Source of the DNA: Polyangiaceae bacterium
GTDB lineage: Bacteria; Myxococcota_A; Polyangia; Polyangiales; Polyangiaceae
Direction of reading: 5' to 3'
DNA: 64,000 bases
Assembly (NCBI GenBank): GCA_016933275.1
Contig: JAFGBI010000098.1
Location: 2,665 to 66,664, forward strand
The position numbers and the translations under genes were made by a program. Within the stretch, counting starts at the first letter, position 1. Each line of letters starts with the position of its first letter. This document shows, piece by piece, positions 8,298 to 17,208 of this stretch. The notes beneath the pieces were generated by a model. That model was not told where the DNA came from. It did not search any database and saw nothing but the letters and a program-made list of their open reading frames with translations.

Positions 8298-8469
8298 CTG
8301 CGTCGGTCTGCAGGCGCCCCACCCACCAGACGCCCGCGTTGCCGAGGGCGCGGTCGTCGAGATCCATGGGGTTACGGGTGGCCACCACGCCGTCCCCCGG
8401 GGCGCCATGTGCCGGTGCGGCTACATGGCGCTCCATCCGGGTGGGGTGCCGTGCGCGTCGAGGCGAGGT

Positions 8470-8619
8470 TCAGAACACGTAGGCGCCGCAGGGGATGGTG
8501 TCCGCGTGAAGCACTTCACCATTGGCAGCACCGTCGTCGCACCAGAAGACGTCCTTTGGGGAGGGGCCGGCCGCGCGCAGGCGCGGAGCGCCGAGCACGG
8601 ACGGGGGGTGGGCATCCAT
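8470..8619 (-). CDS. 49-aa candidate peptide (MDAHPPSVLGAPRLRAAGPSPKDVFWCDDGAANGEVLHADTIPCGAYVF); alternative start at 8772
   Basis: Over 8473-8580 the minus frame has GC3 of about 83% (30/36 codons), versus about 69% for the co-phased plus ORF. Codons are TTC/TAC/ATC/GAC type. An AGGGG lies 8 nt upstream of the ATG. No homology is known to me. Confidence 0.35.
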   Translation of the reverse strand: MDAHPPSVLGAPRLRAAGPSPKDVFWCDDGAANGEVLHADTIPCGAYVF

Positions 8620-8850
8620 TCCCGAACCCCTGTTCGCTGCCCACCTCGTGGCGACGACCCCTGCGAGACCCTCGCCCGACACACCTGGGAAGCCGAGCGT
8701 CACCCGTGGCGCCGGAACCTCGCGGGGCAGGAGCCGGACCAGGGGCGGGCCGAGGCGGTGGAGCATCCTCATTCGGAAAGCTACGCTTCGTCCGTGGGCA
8801 CGCAACAGGGTGGCTTCTATCGTTTCGATGACGGCGCCGCGGGGCCGCGG

Positions 8851-11013
8851 TTGGGCACGGGCGAGCGCGCGGTCGTGCCCTGGTTCGTGCAGTGGATGGT
8901 CACCGAGGAATGCGACCTCACCTGCCCGCATTGCCTATCGTCGCCACCCTCGGGTCACCGGGAGCTCGAGCTCGAGGTCGTTCCCCGGCTGCTCGACGAG
9001 CTCGGGGCGATGGGCGTGCCGGAGCTCCTGCTGACCGGTGGCGAGCCGCTGCAACGGCGCGACCTTCCGCGCATCCTCCAGCTGATCCAGGAACGCGGTC
9101 TCACGTGGAGCTTGAACACGGCGAGGTTGCCGGGACCGCGGCAGCGCGCCGCCATCGAGGCCTGGCCGCCGAGCTTCGTCGCGGTGAGCCTCGATGGGCC
9201 CACGGCGGTTCACGAGCGGATCCGCGGCCGCCCGGGGAGCCACGCCGAGGCGCTCGCCGCCATCCGTTACTTTGCCGACCTCGGCGTGGAGGTCGCGGCG
9301 GGCACCACGGTGACGCGGGAGAACATCTCGGAGCTTGCCGCGACCCACGAGCTCGTGCAGCGGATCGGGGCGAGCGCCTGGGGCCTTCACCTCGTCGTCC
9401 CGGAGGGCCGCGCTCGCCACCGACCCGACCTCTTCCCACGGCGCGCGGAGCTCCGCAGGATGGTCGAGTTCGTGGCCACCCAACGTCGGCTGGGCGGGGT
9501 GCCCATGGGGATGGCCGACGAGATCGGATACTGCGGACCCTGGGAACCGCTCGTGCGCGAGAGTCGTTTCTACTGTGGTGCAGGCCGCATCACCTGCGTC
9601 ATCCTCAGCGATGGAGAGGTGGTCCCTTGCACCACGACGGATCGCTCGACGAGCGCCGGCAACGTGCGCCATGGCTCGTTCGCGGAGATCTGGGCGCGCG
9701 GGTTCGCGGCGCTCGCGGCCTGCCCCCCGCGCGACGATTGCGCGAGCTGCTCCGACCTCGATGCTTGCGGCGGTGGATGCTGGCTCATGCGGCGCCACGG
9801 ACGGCATTGCTTCCGTGATCTCTGGACGACCAGGCGTGGGCTCTCCCGCCTCGGGGTAGGGCTCGGGCTCGCCGCCAGCGCCTGCAGCAATCCGCAGCGC
9901 GCGACCGAGCCCGTCCCTGTGGACTCCGCCTCGCCGAGCTCGACGGCAGCGAGCGCGAGCGCCGTGCCGGCGACGGGGCTCAGGGCCTCCGCCGGCGTTT
10001 CCACGCCGGCACCGACCGCGCCGTCCCCCGGGGGAGCCGTGGCCAGCGCGGCCCTGACCCCGAGCGGGGCGGCCGAAGCGGCGCGCGCTCTCTCGGACTG
10101 GCTATCGACTCACCGATGGGAGCTCTGCGGCTCGTCCCCCTCGTCCACCCAGTTGCTCGCGGCGCGCCTGGGGACCGACCCGCTCGGCGCGTACCTCGCA
10201 GAGCTCGAACGCGGCGGTTGCGGGCGAGAGCTCACTGCGCGGGTGGCCGCGCTCCGCGCGGCGCAGGCCACGCGCTTCCGCCTCCCGGTGGTGGCGAGCA
10301 TCTGGTGGCGCGATCTCGCCGAGTGGGCTCTGGATCAGAGCCCCCCGGCGCTGCGCTCGGACGCTGAGCGGGTACTGCTCGCGACCGCGCTCCGCGAGCT
10401 CGCTCCGTGGTCGCGCGCTGCGCTCGTGGCCCAGCTCGAACCGACCATCAGGGTCCCGGAAGCGAAGAGACCCGGGTCTTTCTCTCCTGGTTCCTGCCCG
10501 TACAAGCACGGCCGCTGTCCCCCAGTTCCGCCGTCGAAACCCACTCCTGCGCAGCGGCATCGAGCCGCCACCGCCGAGGTTGCCGCCCACCCCCCTGGTC
10601 ATGGGCTCTCCCTTACGGTGCTCGTCCCGGCTGGAACGGTGTTGACGTTCAAGGGTCCCTCTGAAGAGCGCACGATGCAGGCAGGCGCCTCCCTGCTCGG
10701 GGCGTTCGACCTGCTCGTGGTCCCCGCGGGTGCGCCCGTCACCGTCCAGGTGACCTCCGCTTCCATGCCGGCCTCGTCCCCCGAGGACCGCATCGAGGTC
10801 CGCTTGCCTGCCGGTGTGGAGCTGACGCTCCTCGATCTCGCGGCGTTGGCTGCCGAGGAGAATCCGGACCTTGCCGCACGCCTGCAGTCCGAGCGACACC
10901 GCGTGCCATCGGCGATCGGGCTCGTGATCTCTCGAAGCCAGGCCCGGGCGTCTGGTGCCCATCCACTCGGTGCAGACGGCGGCGGGCTGCTCCCCCCCGG
11001 GTGGCTCATGTGA
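8851..11013 (+). CDS. radical SAM / SPASM-domain enzyme fused to a TM segment and a C-terminal extension of about 375 aa with unknown function
   Basis: CX3CX2C motif CDLTCPHC (nt 8911-8934). SPASM pattern YCGAGRITCVILSDGEVVPC ... CASCSDLDACGGGC (nt 9739-9780) ... HC. Solid GC3 (about 89%) begins at TTG 8851. Alternative starts are GTG 8794, 8758 and 8608. The track start at 8407 was rejected. Confidence 0.85.
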   Translation: MGTGERAVVPWFVQWMVTEECDLTCPHCLSSPPSGHRELELEVVPRLLDELGAMGVPELLLTGGEPLQRRDLPRILQLIQERGLTWSLNTARLPGPRQRAAIEAWPPSFVAVSLDGPTAVHERIRGRPGSHAEALAAIRYFADLGVEVAAGTTVTRENISELAATHELVQRIGASAWGLHLVVPEGRARHRPDLFPRRAELRRMVEFVATQRRLGGVPMGMADEIGYCGPWEPLVRESRFYCGAGRITCVILSDGEVVPCTTTDRSTSAGNVRHGSFAEIWARGFAALAACPPRDDCASCSDLDACGGGCWLMRRHGRHCFRDLWTTRRGLSRLGVGLGLAASACSNPQRATEPVPVDSASPSSTAASASAVPATGLRASAGVSTPAPTAPSPGGAVASAALTPSGAAEAARALSDWLSTHRWELCGSSPSSTQLLAARLGTDPLGAYLAELERGGCGRELTARVAALRAAQATRFRLPVVASIWWRDLAEWALDQSPPALRSDAERVLLATALRELAPWSRAALVAQLEPTIRVPEAKRPGSFSPGSCPYKHGRCPPVPPSKPTPAQRHRAATAEVAAHPPGHGLSLTVLVPAGTVLTFKGPSEERTMQAGASLLGAFDLLVVPAGAPVTVQVTSASMPASSPEDRIEVRLPAGVELTLLDLAALAAEENPDLAARLQSERHRVPSAIGLVISRSQARASGAHPLGADGGGLLPPGWLM

Positions 11014-11118
11014 AGCGGTGCGCCGTGGGGCCTCCGACGAGCGGCAGGTGTCGCCATCGACGCGGAGCGCCTCGAGGAGCCGGGCAGGCGGCTCGGTGGT
11101 CTGCTGCGCCCCCCAGCG

Positions 11119-11301
11119 CTACCTCGCAAGCTCGATGCTCCAGTCGCAACCCCGCCCCTTGAGGTGAACGACGCCGTCCTGGAACGTGGGCTCCGCCTCC
11201 TTGCGCCGTTCGCTCTCCTCGGCCTTCTGCTCGACGCGAAGGAGCACGCGGAGGGTGGACTTCTCCACGAAGAAATCGGTCCGGTGCCAGGGACCGTCCA
11301 C
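11119..11301 (-). CDS. 60-aa hypothetical protein (VDGPWHRTDFFVEKSTLRVLLRVEQKAEESERRKEAEPTFQDGVVHLKGRGCDWSIELAR)
   Basis: GTG start with AAGG 5 nt upstream. GC3 is 53/60 by hand count. It is the tail of track ORF 11119..11541, whose N-terminal part looks non-coding. Confidence 0.45.
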   Translation of the reverse strand: MDGPWHRTDFFVEKSTLRVLLRVEQKAEESERRKEAEPTFQDGVVHLKGRGCDWSIELAR

Positions 11302-11549
11302 TATAGCCTTCGCGCTCAGGAGAGAGGGCCAACATGCCCGAGAGACCAGCCGGAAGCGAGCGGCAGAACGATGCCGACGGCAATCAGGAGCCGTTTGAGT
11401 CGAGTCACTTTGCCGTGGTGCGCAGGAAGTCCCAGACCAGGTCCGCCGCATCGAAGTCCTGATTCCGGACCCCAGCTTGTCGGGTAGCGCTGACCATCGA
11501 CTCTGGTCGCCGTGTTGCGGAGTAGCCGAGAATATGGGCATATGGGCAC

Positions 11550-11681
11550 ATGAAGGCTATTGGCGAGCTCTTCGACGACCTGTTCCGTCGGGCCAAGGCC
11601 ACCGCTGCTGGCCAGGGCATGAGTCTGAAGCAGCAGTTCTCGGAGGCGGTCGACGAGCGGTTGCGTCGCGAGCGAAGATGA
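11550..11681 (+). CDS. 43-aa ribbon-helix-helix antitoxin-like protein (orphan)
   Basis: MKAIGELFDDLFRRAKATAAGQGMSLKQQFSEAVDERLRRERR has an RHH pattern (strand, helix, G-x-S, helix). Its stop overlaps an ATG (ATGA) that opens only a 10-codon stump (MTAFPTRGYR). Confidence 0.5.
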   Translation: MKAIGELFDDLFRRAKATAAGQGMSLKQQFSEAVDERLRRERR

Positions 11682-12503
11682 CGGCTTTTCCGACTCGAGG
11701 CTATCGGTGACGACACCAGCAGTCTCGGTGACTGCGCCGGGGGGCTGGCTTCGGCTTTCGTCGTGGTGTCTGGTTGTGGCAGTGGCAGCAATGAAGAGGC
11801 TTCTCCGAGGTACCAAAGCGAGGAACACTACATGAATTGGGGAATTTCTCTGTCGTTCCGGCGAGTGTGGCATCGACGGGGTGGCTCCGATCCGATGTAG
11901 GGCAGTGGCGGGCCGGCGAGTGCCAGCAGGACGAGTCACTGGTCGTGCTCGCTGGCGGCGATGGGCCAGGACCGACCCGGGCTGGGTGGCAGCCGTTTGA
12001 GCTGGCTGCGGCCGCGACGGTCGAGGCGAGGGGTCGCACCGCGTGAAGATGCGTTGGACGCGGCGAGTGCCAGCACCGTCCGAGGTCGACACGAGGCTGC
12101 TGGATGGTTGTCTGCGGGACCCGGGGCCTGTGCAGCTCCGACAGGCGCGTGGGTCATTTACTTGTTTCCCCCCGACCAAATTCACACGCTACCTACGTGG
12201 CGATTCGTCCTGCATTTCGTCGTTTCGCCGCTGCAGGAAGGCGGGCGGGGGCGGTGGTCTTCGCGGCGGCACGAGGTGGTGACCACAGTCGAGAGCACCA
12301 GAGCCGCCGCCGCGAGCGCGCGCGGTGGCATCGGTCCCGGCACCGGATCCGGAACTCGGACCCAACTGTTCAAGGAGAGTCGTGGCCGTCGCGCGCCATC
12401 GCCAAGGTGCTCGACGACCACGGCTTCAAGCCCAAGCCCGGCAGACACAAGCTGGACTTCGCCAGATCCCAGTCGGCCACGGAGGACGGGGTCCCGGGGG
12501 TTT

Positions 12504-13286
12504 TCACTCTTGTCCCCGGGGGCTTGCCGCCCTGCTGCCAGATGATTCGTCGGGGCCCGGCGCGGTCGCCAGAAACACGACGTGCTTCTTGCGTCCGTGT
12601 CTGAAGGCGGGAACGCGTAGCACCTCGACGTCGAACCCGGCGGCCCCGAGAGCGCGTTCGAATCGCGCGTTCGCGCCTACGGACCAGATGGCCAGGACAC
12701 CGCCTGGTCGCAGTGCACGAAGGCAGGCCCGGATGCCACGGTCACCATACAATCGCTGGTTGCTGGCACTCGAGAGAGCCCTCGGACCATTGTCGACGTC
12801 CAGCAGGATCACGTCGAACGCCTGGCAGGAGCGCTTGATGTGGTCGAAGACGTCTCCGACTACCGTCTCGTTGCGCGGGTCCGCCAGCGGGTGATTCGCG
12901 AATTCTCCCACCCATCGTCGGTTCCAGTCGACGAGGGCTGGAAGGATCTCGCAGGTGGTCACCTTGGTCGCGGCGGGCACGCGGTCCAGAACCGCGCGCA
13001 AGGTGAACCCGAGACCGAGCCCCCCGACCAGCACGCTGGCCAGCCTGGTCGCCCGTGCGAGCGCGCGTTCCGCGAGCGCCTCCTCGGACGCGTGGGTCTC
13101 GCTGGTCATCAGCGTCATCCAGCCCACGCGAACGCTCCACGTGTCGCCTCTCCGCACGAGAGAGAACTCGGTGCCGTCACGGAGACGAGCGGTATCGATG
13201 GTGACCGGGGTGAGCAAAAAGGGTGCGGTCTCATCCCACGAAGTCAGTGGCCACGCAAGTGCTTCAGGCTCAAGGTACTGCTGCAT
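12504..13286 (-). CDS. spermidine-synthase-like class I methyltransferase-fold protein
   Basis: VLVGGLGLGFTLRAVL...DVILLDVDNGP...LRPGGVLAIWS is the spermine/spermidine-synthase-family layout. Start set at MQQYLEP (ATG 13284-13286). Confidence 0.75.
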   Translation of the reverse strand: MQQYLEPEALAWPLTSWDETAPFLLTPVTIDTARLRDGTEFSLVRRGDTWSVRVGWMTLMTSETHASEEALAERALARATRLASVLVGGLGLGFTLRAVLDRVPAATKVTTCEILPALVDWNRRWVGEFANHPLADPRNETVVGDVFDHIKRSCQAFDVILLDVDNGPRALSSASNQRLYGDRGIRACLRALRPGGVLAIWSVGANARFERALGAAGFDVEVLRVPAFRHGRKKHVVFLATAPGPDESSGSRAASPRGQE

Positions 13287-13330
13287 CCGGCAGCCTCCTG
13301 TGCTCTCTCGCCCGCCGTTGCGTCTGTCCG

Positions 13331-13609
13331 AACCATGTACCGCAGCACCTGCAGCACCGTCCACCGGTCAGCCCCGCACTTGTGCTCGAACAGCACCCAC
13401 ACGTCCGCGTCCCCGCCCCGGTACCGCGTCTTCAACAGCACGTCGCTCTGCGCGCGCCGTAGCTCCTCGTCGAGGAACGTCCCCGGCACTGCCTGCAACT
13501 CCTCCAGGTCGAGCTCTGCGGCGAGCTCCGCGGGCAGCGGCGCCCGCAAGAGCGCCGCGGCGTCCTTCGGGTTCGACATCGCCTCCCGAAAGAGCTTGTC
13601 GTGCGGATC
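13331..13609 (-). pseudogene. N-terminal fragment of an Rpn/YhgA-type PD-(D/E)XK recombination-promoting nuclease (putative transposase)
   Basis: DPHDKLFREAMSNPKDAAALLRAPLPAELAAELDLEELQAVPGTFLDEELRRAQSDVLLKTRYRGGDADVWVLFEHKCGADRWTVLQVLRYMV matches the family N-terminus. It breaks off after about 95 aa, although the family is about 300 aa. Confidence 0.65.
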
Positions 13610-14064
13610 CGTCGCGCAGCCGCCGTCGCCCCGCCCCTCGCCGCCGCCCGCCGCCTCGCTCGCATACAGCGTATCGAGACGAACCGTTCGCTCACCTGCC
13701 GCGAGTGTCACCCCGGCTCTGAGGTTGCGTTGCCAGCAAGAGCCGTCCCGATAGCGCGGCCCATGTTCACGTCGAGGACTCGAGACGCGCCCGCCACTCG
13801 CCATGCTGCGCTGCCCCGTGTAGCTTGGTCGATTAGCTGTCTCCGCCACGCGCCCGAACGCTCTTGCTGCCCCCCGTCGGTGGGGCGCGGCTCCACGCCG
13901 CCGGTGCTCGTGTTGCTCCGCGCCGGCGGGCCCCTGCCTAGGTTCGCGGGCCCGGTTCCTCCAACCAAGAACCAGCCCAGGATTGCCCCAAGGCGCAAGT
14001 TCATACGACTCTCTACGCGGAGGACGAACCTGAGGAGGCAGTCAGGTCCTCACGTCCGACCACG

Positions 14065-17000
14065 CTACCGCTTCCCTCTTCTCCTGGCGAGCAGGATCTC
14101 CGCCGCCGACATCGCCCTCGCCGACGGCGGAGGGGCACCGCCGTCGGCGCTCGCTGCGGGATGTGCCGGTGGCTGCCGAGCGGCGACCGGCAGGGGCGGT
14201 GGAGCCGCCGCCGGTCGCTCGACAGGTGCCGCGACCGGCGGCGGTCGCATCAAGGGTGCCGCCGTGTGCGGCCGTGCGTCGCCGGTCGCGGCACCCGCAC
14301 GCTCCGCTCGCGCCTCCCGGCGCGAGGTGAGCAGCACCTGCGTCGTCGCGTCTGTGTCCGCCATTGGTGCCGCCGCCCGCCGTCGCGCGTGCCGCTCGGC
14401 CCGTGCCGCCCGGGTTGCTCGCCATCGCGCTGGCAGGGCTGTGAGTGCCTCCGGCATCGCTAGCCTTCGTGCCGCCACCGCGAGCAAGAGCAGCAGGGCC
14501 GCCCAGATGATGAGCGTCTCCGTGATGCTCCGATAGGCGAACCGCAGCACGTCGCGGTCGCGGAACACGCCGGCGAGCGTGTCGCGCACCTTGCCGCCCG
14601 TGAGCTCGGCCAGGCGCCGCAGCAGCGCGCGGTCGGTGCCGGTTGGGCGGAGCTCCTCGCCGATCGTCAGCACCGCACCGGTGGTGCCGACCGCGGCCTG
14701 CGTCGCCTCGTCCACGGCCGCGACCACGAACGCGCCCGGTCGTGACAGGGGCACGCGCGCCGCGTACACCCCGGCACCGACGGGTTCCAGGGGGGTGTCG
14801 GTGCGGAAGCCGTCGGGGCCGCCGACGCGGGCGACCAGGCGGCGGAAGCTCTCGGCGCGGCCGTCGTCGTCCACGACCGTGGCCCGCACGTGGAGCTCGC
14901 CGGCGGCGGCGTCGGCCTCGAGGCGCACGCGCGGATCGTCGGCCTGGCGGGAGAGATCGCGGCCGAGCTGGCCGAAGAGCTTCGAGGCGCCGGTCCAGCT
15001 CGTCCAGGCCTCGCCCCAGCGATCACGAAAGTCGCTCGTGAAGGTGCCGGCGCGGCCGATGCCGATCGACCAGGTGGCGAGGGTTGGATCGTTCTCCGGG
15101 CCGCGGAGGAGGACCTGGGCGCGGGGCTTCGGGATGGTGACGACGTAGCCGGTCAGCGGCGGGCCGGAGGCGAAGTCGATGCCGCGGGTGGGGGCGGCGG
15201 GGGTGCCGAGTACGGGGCGGAAGGCGACCTCGTTGATCGCGCTTCGGGCGGCGAGGACGGTTTCTTGGGCGAAGACGGCGGGGAGGCGCGAGGCGTCCTC
15301 GATGAGGTAGAACCGCCCATCGCCGAGGCGGCTCAGTCGCTCGAGATCGGGGACGTCGGGGCCGCTGCCGAGGGCGACCACGCTGGTCGAGATCCCCTGC
15401 GCCTTGGCGCGGGAGACCAGGGTGGGCGACAGGGTCCGCTCTTCGGCGTCGGAGCCGTCAGCGAAGAGTAGCACATGCTTGAGGTTCACGTGCTCGCGCG
15501 CGAGCGCGGCGTACGCGGTCTTGAGCGAGAGATCGACGTAGATGCCGCCGCCTCCGGGGCCGACCGCGCGGATGCGCTTGGCGATCTCCTTGGGGTCGGT
15601 GACCGCGGCCAGCGGCACGGTCCAGGTCACGGCCTCGTCGACGTGCATCACACCGACGCGATCGCCGGCGCCGAGGAGCTCGGCGGAGCGCGCGGCGGCC
15701 TCGTTGGCCAAATCGAGCTTCGTGTGGCTCGACGTGGCCCGCATCGCCATCGAGCCCGAGTAGTCGATGATGATGACCTCGGCGAGGCTCGCCCGCCGCC
15801 GGTCCTGCTTGAGGTCGAAGGAGACCGGGCTCACCTCTTCTACTGGGGTCTTGGCGTAGCCGCCCGGCCCCAGGGCGCGGTCACCGCCCATGAGCAGGAG
15901 GCCTCCGCCGAGGTCGCGAGTGTAGGTCGCGAGCGCGTCGAGCTGGGACGGCGTAAGGTCGCTCGCCCGGATCTCGCCCAGGACCACGACGTCGTATGCG
16001 GAGAGCTCGGCGACGTCGGCGGGCACCCCGCCCGGCCCCACCGTGCGGACGCGGAAGGCCGCTTCCTCGAGCGCGCGGGCGAGCGGAGCGGCCAGGGCCG
16101 GGTCGTGCTCCATGACCAGCGCCGTCCCCGGACCGAGCACGCGCAGGAACGCGGAGCCGGCGTTGTCCTCCGGGGCCTGGTCGCGCTCCTGGTCGCGGGC
16201 GGTGATCGCGACGTCGTAGCGATGCAGGCCGGGCCCGGGCGCGATCTCGCGCAGGGTGATGACGTCCTCGCCGCGGGCGATCGTGGCGGTGCCCTTGCGG
16301 ATGACCTCCCCATCCCGGGAGAGCCGGACCTCGATCTCGGCCTCCGCGGTCGCTTCGGTGACCACCCGCAGGTGCATGGCCTCGCCCTCGTGCGCCCGGG
16401 CCGGGATGCCGAGATCCACGAGCCGTACGTCGGGTACGCGGGCCTGGTCCAGCGCCACGACATCGATGGGCACTCCTGCGGCGACGGCGGCGGCCGCGCC
16501 ATCGAGGGGATTGCCGCGGGTGTTCACCCCGTCGCTGATGACGACGACGCGGCTCGCCGAGTCCGATGGCAGCTCCGCGAGGGCCCGCCGGATAGCGTTG
16601 CCGAGGTCAGTGCCGTCACGGCCGAGCTCCGCCCGCTGGGGCGCTGGCAGCTGGGTTCGCGGGCGGAGGGGCTCCTCGACGGCAGCCTCGGCCGCGAACG
16701 CGACCGTGGCGAGGCGGTCTTCATCGCGCATCCCGAGCTCGGCGATCTGGAGCTCGGCCCGGAGGCGAGCCTCGGCGTCCGGTACCAGATCGACGCTCCG
16801 GCTGCGGTCGATGACCAGGATTACGGCGAGCCGATCGATGGGTCGACCGAGCTCTACCCCGGCTGCCCCGAGCGCCGCGGCGAGCGCGGCGCCGAGGAGG
16901 AACCCCTCGGTGAGTCGGCGGCGGCCAGGGCTCTGGCGCTCGGAGAGGGCGAGCAGGCGATGCGCCACGAACGCGACCGCGAGGGCACCGGGCAGGGTGA

Positions 17001-17208
17001 GCAGGGGGCGCTCGACGCGCACCCACCGCTCCGGGAGGAGCCCGAGCCCGGTCACCACGGAGTGTGCTGTCGGCAGCAGGCCGATCAGCGCCCCGGACAT
17101 CAGGACGAGGCGCCGCCGGAGACGGACCACGCTCGCGATGGCGAGGGCGCCGCAAGTGGCGATCTCCCCCAGGGCGAAGAGCCAGGCGAGGGTGGCGGTC
17201 GGGATCAC
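14065..17208 (-). CDS. 1047-aa membrane protein with two von Willebrand factor A domains (BatB-like, extended)
   Basis: N-terminal TM helices. VWA cores are VILVIDRSRSV...VVVISDGVNTRG and VIIIDYSGSMA...VLLFADGSD. The GTG at 17206-17208 overlaps the upstream TGA (GTGA). Confidence 0.85.
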   Translation of the reverse strand: MIPTATLAWLFALGEIATCGALAIASVVRLRRRLVLMSGALIGLLPTAHSVVTGLGLLPERWVRVERPLLTLPGALAVAFVAHRLLALSERQSPGRRRLTEGFLLGAALAAALGAAGVELGRPIDRLAVILVIDRSRSVDLVPDAEARLRAELQIAELGMRDEDRLATVAFAAEAAVEEPLRPRTQLPAPQRAELGRDGTDLGNAIRRALAELPSDSASRVVVISDGVNTRGNPLDGAAAAVAAGVPIDVVALDQARVPDVRLVDLGIPARAHEGEAMHLRVVTEATAEAEIEVRLSRDGEVIRKGTATIARGEDVITLREIAPGPGLHRYDVAITARDQERDQAPEDNAGSAFLRVLGPGTALVMEHDPALAAPLARALEEAAFRVRTVGPGGVPADVAELSAYDVVVLGEIRASDLTPSQLDALATYTRDLGGGLLLMGGDRALGPGGYAKTPVEEVSPVSFDLKQDRRRASLAEVIIIDYSGSMAMRATSSHTKLDLANEAAARSAELLGAGDRVGVMHVDEAVTWTVPLAAVTDPKEIAKRIRAVGPGGGGIYVDLSLKTAYAALAREHVNLKHVLLFADGSDAEERTLSPTLVSRAKAQGISTSVVALGSGPDVPDLERLSRLGDGRFYLIEDASRLPAVFAQETVLAARSAINEVAFRPVLGTPAAPTRGIDFASGPPLTGYVVTIPKPRAQVLLRGPENDPTLATWSIGIGRAGTFTSDFRDRWGEAWTSWTGASKLFGQLGRDLSRQADDPRVRLEADAAAGELHVRATVVDDDGRAESFRRLVARVGGPDGFRTDTPLEPVGAGVYAARVPLSRPGAFVVAAVDEATQAAVGTTGAVLTIGEELRPTGTDRALLRRLAELTGGKVRDTLAGVFRDRDVLRFAYRSITETLIIWAALLLLLAVAARRLAMPEALTALPARWRATRAARAERHARRRAAAPMADTDATTQVLLTSRREARAERAGAATGDARPHTAAPLMRPPPVAAPVERPAAAPPPLPVAARQPPAHPAASADGGAPPPSARAMSAAEILLARRRGKR
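16615..16691. repeat. second copy of the 77-nt segment (see 4219-4295), here inside the VWA coding sequence
   Basis: Encodes EAAVEEPLRPRTQLPAPQRAELGRD on the minus strand. 73/77 nt identical to 4219-4295. Confidence 0.9.

Noticed and set aside
8407-8850. N-terminal 148 codons that the ORF track attaches to the radical SAM gene.
   Set aside because: Plus-frame GC3 is only about 69% at 8473-8620 and patchy up to 8850, and the opposite strand scores better. Robust coding bias begins at TTG 8851, which leaves a normal 20 residues before CX3CX2C. The sequence does not look like an RRE/PqqD domain.
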